Assembly: GCA_042216135.1 (NCBI GenBank)
Contig: JBDGUG010000040.1
Coordinates: 1-48,343 of the forward strand
Length of the DNA stretch: 48,343 nt
Direction: 5' to 3'
Source: Halarchaeum sp.
GTDB lineage: Archaea > Halobacteriota > Halobacteria > Halobacteriales > Halobacteriaceae
The translations under genes were made by a program, and so were the position numbers. Position 1 is the stretch's first letter, and the number at the start of each line of letters is the position of its first letter. Shown piece by piece: positions 21,639 to 31,725 of the stretch. Below the pieces are notes generated by a model. That model had not been told where the DNA came from. It did not search any database and saw only the letters and a program-made list of their open reading frames with translations.

Positions 21639-21796
21639 GCGTTCGCGCGACGAGCGGGTCGGAGACTCCGGCAGATCGCCGGTTCACTCGCGCGAAGCGC
21701 GAGGCGGCGAGACCACCGAAGGTGGTCGTAGCCGCTTTTGACCGAGCTTTTGCAAGCGACGGCGCGCGTTGCGCGCCGAGCGCTGCAAAAGGTCGT
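21639..21796 (+). repeat. Dispersed structured repeat, copy B
   Basis: First 19 nt identical to copy A (GCGTTCGCGCGACGAGCGG); GTTCAC-CTCGCGC GAA GCGCGAG hairpin; CTTTTGACCGAGCTTTTGC...GCAAAAGGTCGT. Confidence 0.85.
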
Positions 21797-21836
21797 TCCG
21801 GGACACATAATACGCGGCGGGCACGCGATACGACTA

Positions 21837-22793
21837 ATGACGAGCCTCGGCACGGCGAGCGCAGCGCCCGGTGAGATGGATACGGGCCGACTCACGGTCG
21901 GCGAGACGCGGGACGGCACGCCGGTGGGGCTGCCGGTCGCGGTCGTGAACGGCGCGGAGGACGGGGAGACGCTCTACGTGCAGGCGGCGAGCGACGGGGA
22001 CGAACTGAACGGCGTGGGCGTGGTGTCGCGGGTCGTGCCCCAACTGGACCCGGCCGAGCTGTCGGGGACGATGCTGGTGACGGGCATCGCGAACTACTTC
22101 GGGTTCCAGGTGGCGGAGCACCGGAATCCGATCGACGACACGAAGCTGAACCGCGCGTATCCGGGGGATCCGAACGGGTCGTCGTCGGAGCGTATCGCGC
22201 ACGCGACGTTCGAGGCGGCGACGCGCGCGGACCTGATTCTGGACCTGCATCAGGGGTCGACGAGTCGGATGATCAACGAGGTGCGGGTGCGGTGTGGGCG
22301 CCACCACCGCCTCCACCGGAAGTGTCTGGAACTGGCGAAGGTCTTCGACTGCGGCTACATCCTCGATCAGAAGGGCCCGGAGGGGCAGTTGGCGCGCGCG
22401 GCGCCCGACGAGGGCGTGCCGACGATCGATCCGGAGCTCGGCGGCTGCGTCGGCTGGGACGAGGAGTCCATCGAGTACGGCGTGCGCGGCGTGTTCAACG
22501 TTCTGCGCCACTACGGCTTCCTGCCGGGCGATCACGACCCGGAGCCGCAGACGCGCGCGCACGCGTTCGACCGGTACGGTGCGCCGGCGGGCGGACTCGT
22601 GGATTACGCGGTCGAGATCGGTGACGAGGTGGAGCGCGGCGACACGCTCTTCCGGGTCGTCGACGTCTTCGGGCAGGTGAAAGCGGAGATTTCGGCGGAC
22701 AACGACGGCGTCTTCTGGCGTTCGCGGCGCCTCCCGCAGGTGGCGTCGGGCGAGTACGTCTGCTCGGTCGGGACGACGATAGACACGTACTAG
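21837..22793 (+). CDS. Succinylglutamate desuccinylase/aspartoacylase family protein
   Basis: DGDELNG, LNRAYPG, DLHQ, PELGG and a biotinyl-like C-terminal domain. Confidence 0.88.
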   Translation: MTSLGTASAAPGEMDTGRLTVGETRDGTPVGLPVAVVNGAEDGETLYVQAASDGDELNGVGVVSRVVPQLDPAELSGTMLVTGIANYFGFQVAEHRNPIDDTKLNRAYPGDPNGSSSERIAHATFEAATRADLILDLHQGSTSRMINEVRVRCGRHHRLHRKCLELAKVFDCGYILDQKGPEGQLARAAPDEGVPTIDPELGGCVGWDEESIEYGVRGVFNVLRHYGFLPGDHDPEPQTRAHAFDRYGAPAGGLVDYAVEIGDEVERGDTLFRVVDVFGQVKAEISADNDGVFWRSRRLPQVASGEYVCSVGTTIDTY

Positions 22794-22999
22794 CGGGCGT
22801 CGTCGAGGGCGACGAGCGCGTCTTCGTCGGCGGTGAGCCACGTCGTCACGAGTTCGTCGTCGCTCGCGTCCTCGGGGAAGACGGTGTAGTGCGCGCCGTC
22901 GTCGTCGCGCGCGACCCGCCAGGTGAGCGCCCGGGGCCGCGCGTCCGCGGCGACGCGTCTCGGCGCTCCCCGCTCGCTCGCGGTCGCACCGCTGGTCAT
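22790..22999 (-). CDS. Small acidic haloarchaeal hypothetical protein (DUF7511-like)
   Basis: [19 protein letters not shown]....V.LDD.R pattern. Confidence 0.65.
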   Translation of the reverse strand: MTSGATASERGAPRRVAADARPRALTWRVARDDDGAHYTVFPEDASDDELVTTWLTADEDALVALDDAR

Positions 23000-23163
23000 C
23001 GGTCCACCTCGCGGGCCGTCGACGATGCGTGCGGTCTCATCGCTCGTTCGAACGGTGGGGTCGGCCGGCCAAACACCCTCTCATTTCCGGACGAACGGCG
23101 GCAGAACTAGGTCGGATAGAGACGAACAGTTGGCCACAACGCATATATGTGGTGGTTCGTGCA

Positions 23164-24435
23164 CTATCGCTCGGGGTTGGTCGGGGCGTCCCACGTGCCG
23201 CGAACGAGCGGGCGCGCGACGTGCCGGCGCGCGCACGGCGGCACCTCGTACCACCCGAGCGAGAGCGTTCGGTCGAGGGGCGCCGCCGTCTTCCCGTCCG
23301 CGCGCGTCCCGCAGTCGCGACACCGATAGCCCTGGTCCGCGCCCGCGGACTCCATCGTCCGCTCGCAGTCGGGGCACGTCGGCGTCACCAGTTCGGTCGT
23401 CACGCGCTCGCGGAGCGCGAACTTCTCCAGTTTCAGCGTGCCCTCGGAGACCTCGCCACAGACCGTCACGACGTCGCCCTCGCGGAGCGCTCGCACCCGG
23501 TCGCGAAAGCGCTTCGTCGGTTCGAACGCCGCACACGGGACCGTCGCCGTCCCGTCCGCGACGTCGACGAAGACGTGCCCGCCGCGACGCGTCTCCGGCA
23601 TCGAGGCGACCGTTCCCGTCACTCGATACGCGCGGCCGTCGCGCAGGGCCGCCAGCGCGTCCGCGTCCCGCAGGTGGGCGTCCGTCCCCTGGTTCGTCAC
23701 GAACAGGCGCGCCCCCGCGGTCGGTTCGGCGTCGATGGCGGCGGCGACGGCGCGACACGCCGCGGGGTCGTCCCCGCGGATCCCGTGCAGGATGGGGCCG
23801 GGCGTGTGCGGGACGCAGACAGTCTCGTCCTCCCCGCGGTCCACGGTATCCCAGGCGTCCGGGTACGCCGCGTCCGCCGCCGCGAACACCGACTCGTGGT
23901 CCACGTCGCGCGCCGTCCCCCAGCGGGACTCCTCGCGGTAGGCGATGTGCTCGTACGTCCACTCGGAGAACGCGCGCCACGCCCCCACCGCCGCGAGCGC
24001 GCCGATGCGCCCGCGGCCGTTCTTCCATCCGGCCGCGCGATAGCCGGCCGATTCGGCGAGCGCCGTCGCGTCCGCGAGCGCGTGGTGGTCGCGCACCGCG
24101 TCCCGCGCGAACGCCGCGACCGACTCGGGGACGGCGTCCGGGTCGCCCGGCGCGACCACGAGGCCCGGGTTCGTCCGCTCGTCACCGACCTCGGCGGCGT
24201 CCTCGACTATCTCCTCGGCGACGGCGAACGCGCTGTCTACGGGCGCGTCAGTGTGCACCGCGAGCGCCGCGTTTCCGCGCGTCTTGTGTTCGACCGCGGG
24301 GTTCAGGCGGACGAGCAGGACGCGCGCGACGTCGTGGCCGTCGTCGGCGAGTCGTTCGGCCACGCGGTGCGCGACGTACGTCGTGCACATCCCGCGCGCC
24401 CGCGAGTCAGTGTCGTCGATGCCGACCGTCGTCAC
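23164..24435 (-). CDS. tiaS: tRNA(Ile2) 2-agmatinylcytidine synthetase
   Basis: GIDDTDS..GMCTT, RLNP...KTRGN, P.TPGP.L.GIRG, TNQGTD, OB fold, CxxC..CxxC. Confidence 0.95.
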   Translation of the reverse strand: MTTVGIDDTDSRARGMCTTYVAHRVAERLADDGHDVARVLLVRLNPAVEHKTRGNAALAVHTDAPVDSAFAVAEEIVEDAAEVGDERTNPGLVVAPGDPDAVPESVAAFARDAVRDHHALADATALAESAGYRAAGWKNGRGRIGALAAVGAWRAFSEWTYEHIAYREESRWGTARDVDHESVFAAADAAYPDAWDTVDRGEDETVCVPHTPGPILHGIRGDDPAACRAVAAAIDAEPTAGARLFVTNQGTDAHLRDADALAALRDGRAYRVTGTVASMPETRRGGHVFVDVADGTATVPCAAFEPTKRFRDRVRALREGDVVTVCGEVSEGTLKLEKFALRERVTTELVTPTCPDCERTMESAGADQGYRCRDCGTRADGKTAAPLDRTLSLGWYEVPPCARRHVARPLVRGTWDAPTNPER

Positions 24436-24527
24436 GTCCCCACGTAGCCCGCAGGGCTACCTACGGCTTTCGACACGACCGCCGCGCGGCACAATACATA
24501 TATGTGCATACCGGCTTACAGTCCCGT

Positions 24528-25496
24528 ATGTCCCGGTCGGCACTCATCGAGAACGTCACCGCGATGCTGGCGGACGCGGGGTTCACGGTGAGCGACCGCT
24601 GCGTCATCCGGCCGAAGAGCTTCGACGTCGCCGCACGACGTGGCGACGACTTGGTCTTCGTGAAGATACTCGCGAACGTCGACGGCCTCGACGCCCCCAC
24701 GGGCGCGGAGATGCGACGCCTCGGTCACTACCTCCACGGAACCCCGCTCGTCATCGGCCTCCGAACCCGCGATCAGGAACTCGAACCCGGTGTCGTCTAC
24801 TTCCGCCACGGCGTCCCCGTCATCAGTCCCGACACCGCCCTCGACCTCTTCCTCGAGGGCGTTCCGCCGCTCGTCTACGCCGCCCCCGGCGGCCTCTACG
24901 TCAACATCGACGGCGACGTCCTCGCGGACGAACGCGAGGAACGCGGGTGGAGCCTCGGCCGTCTCGCGACCGAACTCGGCGTCTCCCGTCGCACCGTCTC
25001 GAAGTACGAGGACGGCATGAACGCCTCCATCGACGTCGCCGTGAAACTGGAGGAGGTGTTCGGCGACGACCTCACCAGTCCCGTCGACGTCATCGACGGC
25101 GCCGACGAGGTGCGCGACGCCGACCCCACCCCGGAGGACCCCGAGGCCGACCCCGCGGATCAGCCGATCGTCACCGTCCTCACCCGCGCGGGCTTCGACG
25201 TCCACCCCACCGTTCGCGCGCCGTTCAAGGCCGTCGGCGAGGACACGAACCGACCCGAGGGCCTCCTCACCGGCCACTCCTCTCTCACCGACGCCGCGGT
25301 CAAGCGCGCGAGCATCATGGGCAGTCTCGGCCGCGTCACCCGCACCCGCGCCGTCTACTTCGTGGACGAATCCTCGAAGCAGTCCATCGACGGCACCGCC
25401 ATCATCGAACGCGAGGAACTCGAATCGATCGACGACCCCGACGAGTTCCGCGACCTCCTCCAAGAGCGCGGCGACGACGCCGAGACGGAAGCCTAA
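24528..25496 (+). CDS. Conserved archaeal HTH (cro/C1-type) transcriptional regulator
   Basis: [36 protein letters not shown]; divergent from tiaS. Confidence 0.88.
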   Translation: MSRSALIENVTAMLADAGFTVSDRCVIRPKSFDVAARRGDDLVFVKILANVDGLDAPTGAEMRRLGHYLHGTPLVIGLRTRDQELEPGVVYFRHGVPVISPDTALDLFLEGVPPLVYAAPGGLYVNIDGDVLADEREERGWSLGRLATELGVSRRTVSKYEDGMNASIDVAVKLEEVFGDDLTSPVDVIDGADEVRDADPTPEDPEADPADQPIVTVLTRAGFDVHPTVRAPFKAVGEDTNRPEGLLTGHSSLTDAAVKRASIMGSLGRVTRTRAVYFVDESSKQSIDGTAIIEREELESIDDPDEFRDLLQERGDDAETEA

Positions 25497-25650
25497 TCGG
25501 CCGCAGTCGGTCGCGCGCTCTCGCGTCCGTCGTCCCGTCAGCCGACCGCTCGGCGCGGCGAACTCCCGCGCCGACGCCGTCCCTCGCACGTTAGGGACCC
25601 CGCCTAAGTCGCGCGGCCGCGAACACGTGACCCGACCGCCCTCTGACGCT

Positions 25651-26139
25651 ATGCCTCTGAACCCGAACGACCCCCCGAAGCAGGACTCGCTGACCGACCG
25701 CGGCCGTCGCTCCGCGGTCCGTCGCGACTGGCGGCCGGACGCCTCGCCGTCGGAACAGGTACTGGACGCCGTTGCCGCCGCGACCGGTCGAGCGCCCGAC
25801 CGACTGCCGCCGCTGTACGACGTCCTCGACCCCGACGCGCTCGACGCGCTCCTCGACGCGCGCGCCGACGCCGACGGCTCGCGTCCGCCGATAACCGTCG
25901 AATTCCGCTACGAGGGCTGTGACGTGACGGTTCGGCGCGGCGTCGACGTCTCGCCGCCCCGGGCGACGCGGACTGACCCCGCCGTCGGCCGGCCCGTCCG
26001 TCACCGCGCGCCCGACCGGTCGAGCGCGGCGGCCAGTAGCTTCCGTTCCGCCGCGCGAATGTGCTCGGAGACGGTCGCCGTGCTGATGTCGAGGGCGTCC
26101 GCCACGTCCTCCGTGCTGCCCTCGCGCGGCCACTCGTAG
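25651..26139 (+). CDS. HalOD1 output-domain protein (3' end probably read-through)
   Basis: SPS..V..AVAA.TG.....LPPLYDVLDPDALDAL...VEFRYEGC.VTV; the ORF runs 139 nt into the convergent gene. Confidence 0.75.
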   Translation: MPLNPNDPPKQDSLTDRGRRSAVRRDWRPDASPSEQVLDAVAAATGRAPDRLPPLYDVLDPDALDALLDARADADGSRPPITVEFRYEGCDVTVRRGVDVSPPRATRTDPAVGRPVRHRAPDRSSAAASSFRSAARMCSETVAVLMSRASATSSVLPSRGHS

Positions 26140-26696
26140 TAGCCCGCGTCGTAGGCGGCCCGGACGACCTCCCGCTGTCGGTCCGTGAGCAGCGAGCGTG
26201 CCAGCCGCCGGAACGCCGAGTGCGAGAGCGTCGGCGTGACGGCGCTCCGCTCGCGCTTCGAGACGAGTTCCGCGTCAGAGTTCTCGTCGAGGAACCCCTC
26301 GATTACCGCAGTCTCGTCGTACCGCGGCGGGACGTCCGCGACGATGCGGCCCTCGCCGTCGGCGGAGGTGGCGCGCCGCGGGAGCGCGCCGAGTTCCGCG
26401 AGGCTGAACGCCGGACAGTTCCCCGTCGCGAGGAACTCGAAGAACCCGCCGTCGTCGTACGCGTGGAGCAGCGACGCGTCGATGGTCTCGAACGGTTCCG
26501 TCAGGGACAGAATCCGCTCCGGGGACGTCCCCGTGATGGTGAAGAACTCCGCGTAGCGCTCGCCGGCGCGCGGAATCATCTCCGCGAGTTCGAACGCGCA
26601 CGTCCCGTCTTCGGTCGCGGCCACGAACGGGTACGACGCGTCGCCGAACGAGAACGCCAACTCGACGGCCGCCGCCGGCCGGTCCTTCTCTGACAT
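26001..26696 (-). CDS. Bacterio-opsin-activator-type HTH-10 regulator
   Basis: LTDRQREV..AAY..GYYEWPR....DVA..LDIS..T.SEH.R.AERKL. Confidence 0.88.
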   Translation of the reverse strand: MSEKDRPAAAVELAFSFGDASYPFVAATEDGTCAFELAEMIPRAGERYAEFFTITGTSPERILSLTEPFETIDASLLHAYDDGGFFEFLATGNCPAFSLAELGALPRRATSADGEGRIVADVPPRYDETAVIEGFLDENSDAELVSKRERSAVTPTLSHSAFRRLARSLLTDRQREVVRAAYDAGYYEWPREGSTEDVADALDISTATVSEHIRAAERKLLAAALDRSGAR

Positions 26697-26796
26697 GATC
26701 TCACGACGCCCGTACCGGCCTCACCGTATTCAATCGACGGGGCGCCCTCGTGTCGCCTCCGGGTCCTTCTTCTTGCTCCGTCCCATAGCGTCCGCC

Positions 26797-27042
26797 GTGA
26801 GCGATCTGGAACTCTACGTCCTCCCCGGATGTCCGTACTGCGCGAAAGTCACGTCCAAACTCGACGAACTCGGCCTCGACTACGTCGAACACGAGGTCCC
26901 GAGTTCGCACGCCCAGCGCGACGAGGTCGAGCAGGTCAGCGGCCAGACGGGCGTCCCCGTCCTCGTCGACCCCGACCACGACGTCACCGGGATGCCCGAG
27001 AGCGACGACATCGTCGCGTACCTCGAAGAGACGTACGCGTGA
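26797..27042 (+). CDS. Glutaredoxin-like protein
   Basis: CPYC, SGQTGVPVLVD, MPESDDIV.YL. Confidence 0.9.
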   Translation: MSDLELYVLPGCPYCAKVTSKLDELGLDYVEHEVPSSHAQRDEVEQVSGQTGVPVLVDPDHDVTGMPESDDIVAYLEETYA

Positions 27043-27145
27043 GGGTGTCGGCGGGACGACTTTCGCGCGCGAGCGGAGGCGGACAGGCCTATGTACGATC
27101 AATGGTAACGTACCCCACGCGCACGGGTGACCGGGCGCGACCCAG

Positions 27146-28462
27146 ATGACAGAGACACCATCCACGAAACGGATCGGGGTGTTGAGCCTGCACAACAGCA
27201 AGGAGACGAAAGCGATACTCAACGCCATCGAGGCGTTCGGCCACGAACCCGTGTGGATCCGCGAGGAGACGCTCTCGCTCGCGGTCGAGGGCGGCCGCGG
27301 CCGCGTCGACCCGGACGTCGACGCCGTCGTGAACCGCCTCCTGTTGACGAAGAGCGACACGGGACTCGCGGACCTCGGCGTCGTCGAACTCTTCGAGGAC
27401 CACGAGATACCCGTGCTGAACCCGAGCGCGGCCGTCCTCCGCACGACCTACGAACCCGCGGCGCTCCGCATCCTCGCCGACGCGGGCGTCCCCGTCTCGG
27501 ACACCTACCAGGACTTCGACGGCCGCCACGACGGCTCTGGCGACGCCGACCGGCGCTACGTCCGCAAGCCCGTCCTCGGGACGAACGGCGCCGGCGTCTC
27601 CATCGCCGAGTCCGCCGACGGCCGCCCGCCCGCGTCCCGCCGAACGCTCATCCAGGCGTTCGTCGACACGGGCGAGCGCGCCTCCGACATCCGCGTCTAC
27701 GTCGTCGGCGGCGACGTCGTCGGCGCGATGCGCCGGCACGCCCCCGACGGCGACTGGCGAACGAACGTCGCGGTCGGCGGCGCCGTCGAAGACGTCACCG
27801 ACGACCTCGACGAGAGCGTCCGCGAGACCGCGGTTCGCGCCGTCGACGCCCTCGACCTCGACGCCGCCGGCGTGGACGTCATCGGAACGGAAGACGAGTC
27901 GTACGTCCTCGAAGTGAACGCCACCGCGGGCTTCAAGGGCCTCTTCGAAGCGACCGGCGTGAGCCCCGCACCCCACATCGCCCGCCTCGCCATCGAACGC
28001 GCCGACGGCGACGTAGACGACGCCGTGCTCGACGAGCACGAGACCAGACTCGCCGACGAGTGGCCGGCGTGCGCGCCCGACCTCTCCCCCGAGGAGGACT
28101 TCCGCACCGTCGGCTACACCGAGAGCGTCGACATCGCGGGCGGCGGCGGCATCGCCACCGCCATCGCGAAGTCCGACACGGGCGCGAAACGCACCACCGT
28201 CGACCTCTCGCTCGCCGCCGAAGTCGGCGCCGGCCCGCTCGAAGGCACGACGAGCGTCCGCTCCGGCTCCTCGAAGTCGAGCAGCTCCCGCCCGCTCGTC
28301 ACCCTCGACGTCCGCGTCGGCGACCGCTGGCACGAAGTCACCGCGGACGTCATCGACCGCGAACACATGAACTACCCCGTCCTGCTCGGTCGGGACATCC
28401 TCGACGACTACTTCGTCGACGTCTCCACGCGCGCCCCCGGCGACGCGACGAACGAGGAGTGA
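27146..28462 (+). CDS. RimK-family ATP-grasp ligase fused to a retropepsin-like (DTG) protease domain
   Basis: SLHNSKETKAI, DIRVYVVG, WRTNVA.G, GVD, LEVN.TAGF; C-terminal AKSDTGAKRT...DR..M.YP.LLGR. Confidence 0.85.
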   Translation: MTETPSTKRIGVLSLHNSKETKAILNAIEAFGHEPVWIREETLSLAVEGGRGRVDPDVDAVVNRLLLTKSDTGLADLGVVELFEDHEIPVLNPSAAVLRTTYEPAALRILADAGVPVSDTYQDFDGRHDGSGDADRRYVRKPVLGTNGAGVSIAESADGRPPASRRTLIQAFVDTGERASDIRVYVVGGDVVGAMRRHAPDGDWRTNVAVGGAVEDVTDDLDESVRETAVRAVDALDLDAAGVDVIGTEDESYVLEVNATAGFKGLFEATGVSPAPHIARLAIERADGDVDDAVLDEHETRLADEWPACAPDLSPEEDFRTVGYTESVDIAGGGGIATAIAKSDTGAKRTTVDLSLAAEVGAGPLEGTTSVRSGSSKSSSSRPLVTLDVRVGDRWHEVTADVIDREHMNYPVLLGRDILDDYFVDVSTRAPGDATNEE

Positions 28463-28539
28463 CCACCGCGCGCCGCGCGCGACCCGTCGGCGCCTTAGGC
28501 GGTCGATAGTGATATCGGGCGGGCGCGACGCCCGAGACG

Positions 28540-29028
28540 ATGGGTGATCCGACCAGACGTCGCGTCCTCGCCGGTGCCGGGCCGGCGGCGGTGGCGGCCC
28601 TCGCCGGCTGTTCCGCCGGTCGGGACGCCGACGCGACGTCCGAATCGACCGAACCGACCGATGAGACCACCGAAAACACCGACCAGAACCCGATGAGCAC
28701 CGTCTTTCACTACTCAGACGAGAGCGCCCAATCACACGCCGTAGCGAACGTGACGAACCTCCTCGCGGACGACACCGTCGACCTCGGGACCGTGACGCTC
28801 GTCGCGAACGGCGCCGGCCTCGCCCTCCTCACGACCGACTCGAACGAGGCGGACGCCGTCGAACGCCTCGCCGACGACGGCGTCCGATTCCGCGCGTGCC
28901 GGAACACCATGGACGCGAAGAACTACGCGGAGTCCGACCTGCTGTCCGGCGTCGAACCGGTCCCCTCCGGCGTCGGCGAACTCGCGAAGCGGCAAGCCGC
29001 CGGCGACGCGTACATAAAGACTCCCTGA
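28540..29028 (+). CDS. DsrE-family protein with Tat lipoprotein signal
   Basis: TRRRVL...LAGC, then AVANV.NL, VANG.G, ACRNT, PSGVGEL...Q....AYIK. Confidence 0.85.
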   Translation: MGDPTRRRVLAGAGPAAVAALAGCSAGRDADATSESTEPTDETTENTDQNPMSTVFHYSDESAQSHAVANVTNLLADDTVDLGTVTLVANGAGLALLTTDSNEADAVERLADDGVRFRACRNTMDAKNYAESDLLSGVEPVPSGVGELAKRQAAGDAYIKTP

Positions 29029-29104
29029 CGCGCGACGCGGGCGTCGGCCCGCGGGACGGCGCATCCGATCACGGACCCCGACGGCGCGAGCGCCGTGAGA
29101 CAGC

Positions 29105-30361
29105 TCAGACGCCCGTCGAGTAGCGGAGCAGGCCCGCGATGCCGCCGAACGCGTTGAGTAGCTGTTCGCCCTTCTCGAAGTCCGTGCTGATGAACGTGGT
29201 GTCGGTGCCGCGCTGATCCGCGATGTTCATCAGGTGGTCGATGACGTCCTCGCGCTCGCCCTCCTCCACCGTCGCCCCGCACTCCTCGCACTCGTGGGCG
29301 GGAATCTCGTCCTTTCGGCGGTCGATGAGAGCTCGTTCCTCGTGGCCGTTCTCGCACTCGTAGGTGACGACGTCCTGTCGCATGTCCTCGCTCAGGAGGA
29401 GGGTCTCCACCGACCCCATCACGAGGTTCCGACGGGTCGCCTCGAAGCCGTACGTGGCGAGGTCGCCGTCGTGGAGTTCCTTGAAGAAGCGCTTCATCGC
29501 GTTCTTGTCCTCCATGAGCGCCGCCTCCGCGAGCGCGTCCTCGCCCGCGTCCACGAGGTCGTAGAGCCCGGACTCGTCCGTGTAGGAGACGTCGAACTTC
29601 CCGAGGACCTTCTCCTGGATCTCGTGGTGGAGGTAGTCGCCGTCGAGGAACTCGTCCTTCGTCGGCGAGGGCCCGCCCACCAGGACGCCGTCGAGGTCGT
29701 GGCGCTCCGGGACGAAGAGGTCGTTCGCCATCTCCGCGACCTCCTGGTAGAAGTTGTCGATGGCCTCTAAGCGCAGGCGCGCGAAACGCTGGGCGGACTG
29801 ACCACCCTTGCGCTGCTTGCCCGGTACGAGCGACGACGCGGACTTCACCGGTTCGACGCGCTTGCCCTTCAGCCACCCGACGTTCGCCTCGCGCCGGTCG
29901 AGGACGATCAGACCGTAGAGGCCCTTGTCCGCGAACATGTTCTCCAGCGGCTCCGTCAGGAACGCGCTGTCGCAGTGGTAGCGGAACGACTGGATCGGCT
30001 CCGGCGGCGACTCCAGCACCTCCGTCACCATGTCCGTCTGCCCGCCGCCCACGTCGATGGACCCCGAGAACAGCACCATCCCGTTCTCCGGCGGATACGT
30101 GTCGTAGTAGCGCAGGCGGTCCTTGATGGACGTGAGCGCGTCCTGCACCGCCGTCCGCGTCTGCTTCGACTTGATGTTCGACGCCTCCGAGTGCTCCTGC
30201 GTGACGTGCGCGACCACGTCCGAGACCTGCTTGTCCTCGGGGACGTAGATGGAGACGAGTTGCGTCCCGCTCCCGGAGTACTCCTGGAGCTGCTCGATGA
30301 CCTTCCGGAACTCGTACTTCCGGCGGTCCTCGGACGCCTGCTCGCCCTGCTGCTCGCTCAT
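29105..30361 (-). CDS. prf1: Peptide chain release factor aRF1
   Basis: ASNIKS, YHCD, GGQSAQRF, FGGIAGLLRY. Confidence 0.98.
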   Translation of the reverse strand: MSEQQGEQASEDRRKYEFRKVIEQLQEYSGSGTQLVSIYVPEDKQVSDVVAHVTQEHSEASNIKSKQTRTAVQDALTSIKDRLRYYDTYPPENGMVLFSGSIDVGGGQTDMVTEVLESPPEPIQSFRYHCDSAFLTEPLENMFADKGLYGLIVLDRREANVGWLKGKRVEPVKSASSLVPGKQRKGGQSAQRFARLRLEAIDNFYQEVAEMANDLFVPERHDLDGVLVGGPSPTKDEFLDGDYLHHEIQEKVLGKFDVSYTDESGLYDLVDAGEDALAEAALMEDKNAMKRFFKELHDGDLATYGFEATRRNLVMGSVETLLLSEDMRQDVVTYECENGHEERALIDRRKDEIPAHECEECGATVEEGEREDVIDHLMNIADQRGTDTTFISTDFEKGEQLLNAFGGIAGLLRYSTGV

Positions 30362-30579
30362 TGTGCGTCTCTAGGGTGGTGTACCGGTAAGTACCCTTTG
30401 ACCTTTTGCGCGACGCGGCCTACGGCCGCGCTCGGCACGGGAACTATCCGCGTTCCCGTCGGTCGCTCGCGGTCGGTGCGCTAGCCGTACCGAACGCGTC
30501 ACGTCCCCGTTCGGGTTCGCGCCACCCGCGAGCGCGGCGGCCCCTATGAACTAAGTCGAGAACCCGCCATCGTGGGGTA

Positions 30580-31667
30580 GTGGTCGCTCAGCGCACTCGA
30601 CTGGCCGGCTGGTTCCTCGCGGCGGCCGGGAGCGCGCTCGCCCTCTCCTTGCTCGCCGACCTCGCCGCGTCCGCCGACCCGGCCTACTGGCTCATCGAGG
30701 CCTACCCCGTCGTCCTCGCGCTGCTCCTGGTGGGGGCGGGCGTCCTCCTGGCGCGCGACGCGCTCGTACCGGACCGCTCGCTCGCGCGCCTGCTCGGGTG
30801 GCTGGCGCTCGGCGTCCTCGCGCTCTCGGTGCTCTCGGTCTACCTCTACTTCCTCGCCATCGAGTTCGCCGGGAACGAGATGCTCGACACCCCCGTCGGC
30901 GCCATCACGATTCTCACGTTCGGCGCGCTCATCGGCCTCCTCGTCGGCGTCTACGACGCCCGCGCCGTCGAACGCAAGCGCGCCGTCGAACGCCGCGAGC
31001 GCGAACTCGAAGCGCACAACGAGCGCCTCGACGAGTTCGCGAGCCTCGTGAGCCACGACCTCCGGAACCCGCTGAACATCATGCTCGGACACGCGGAACT
31101 GCTGCGGGACGAACGCGATAGTCCGCACCTCGACGCGATAGCGCGCGCCGGCGACCGGATGCAGGAGATAATCGCGGACCTCCTCTCGCTGTCCCGCGCC
31201 GGCCGGACCATCGACCGATGGGAACCGGTCTCGCTCGCCGTCGCGCTCGGCGGGGCTGGACGACCGTTCCGACCGGCGACAGCGACCTGGCGCTCGACGT
31301 CCCCGACGACAGCACGGTCGCGGCGGACGAGGCGCGCTTGCGGAACGTCTTCGAGAACCTCTACCGCAACGCCATCGGGCACAACGCTGCGCCGGTCACC
31401 GTCACCGTCGGCCTCCTCGATGCGGCGTCGGCCGGGGGCGACGGCGCCGCCGGCTTCTACGTCGAAGACGACGGGATCGGCATCGACACCTCCCACCGCG
31501 AGACGGTCTTCGACGACGGGTACACGACGGACGCGGCCGGGACGGGACTGGGGCTCTCCATCGTCGCGGACATCGTCGAAGCCCACGGCTGGACCGTCTC
31601 GGCGACGACCGGTGCGCGCGGCGGCGCTCGGTTCGAAATTCGCACGAGCGAGCGCGCCGGCCGCTGA
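30580..31667 (+). pseudogene. Membrane sensor histidine kinase with a 1-nt frameshift near 31243
   Basis: TM helices and H box (SHDLRNPL) in one frame; N, G1, F and G2 boxes (ENLYRNA, DDGIGI, VFDDGYTT, GTGLGL) in the ORF 31218..31667 frame. Confidence 0.8.
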
Positions 31668-31725
31668 CTCGGACGGGGCCGGCGCCGAGGGTGCGCGCGG
31701 CGGCCGGTCTCTCGGCCGCCGCGTC

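Noticed and set aside
31225-31265. Programmed ribosomal frameshift in the kinase gene
   Set aside because: No slippery heptamer or homopolymer run at the shift site.
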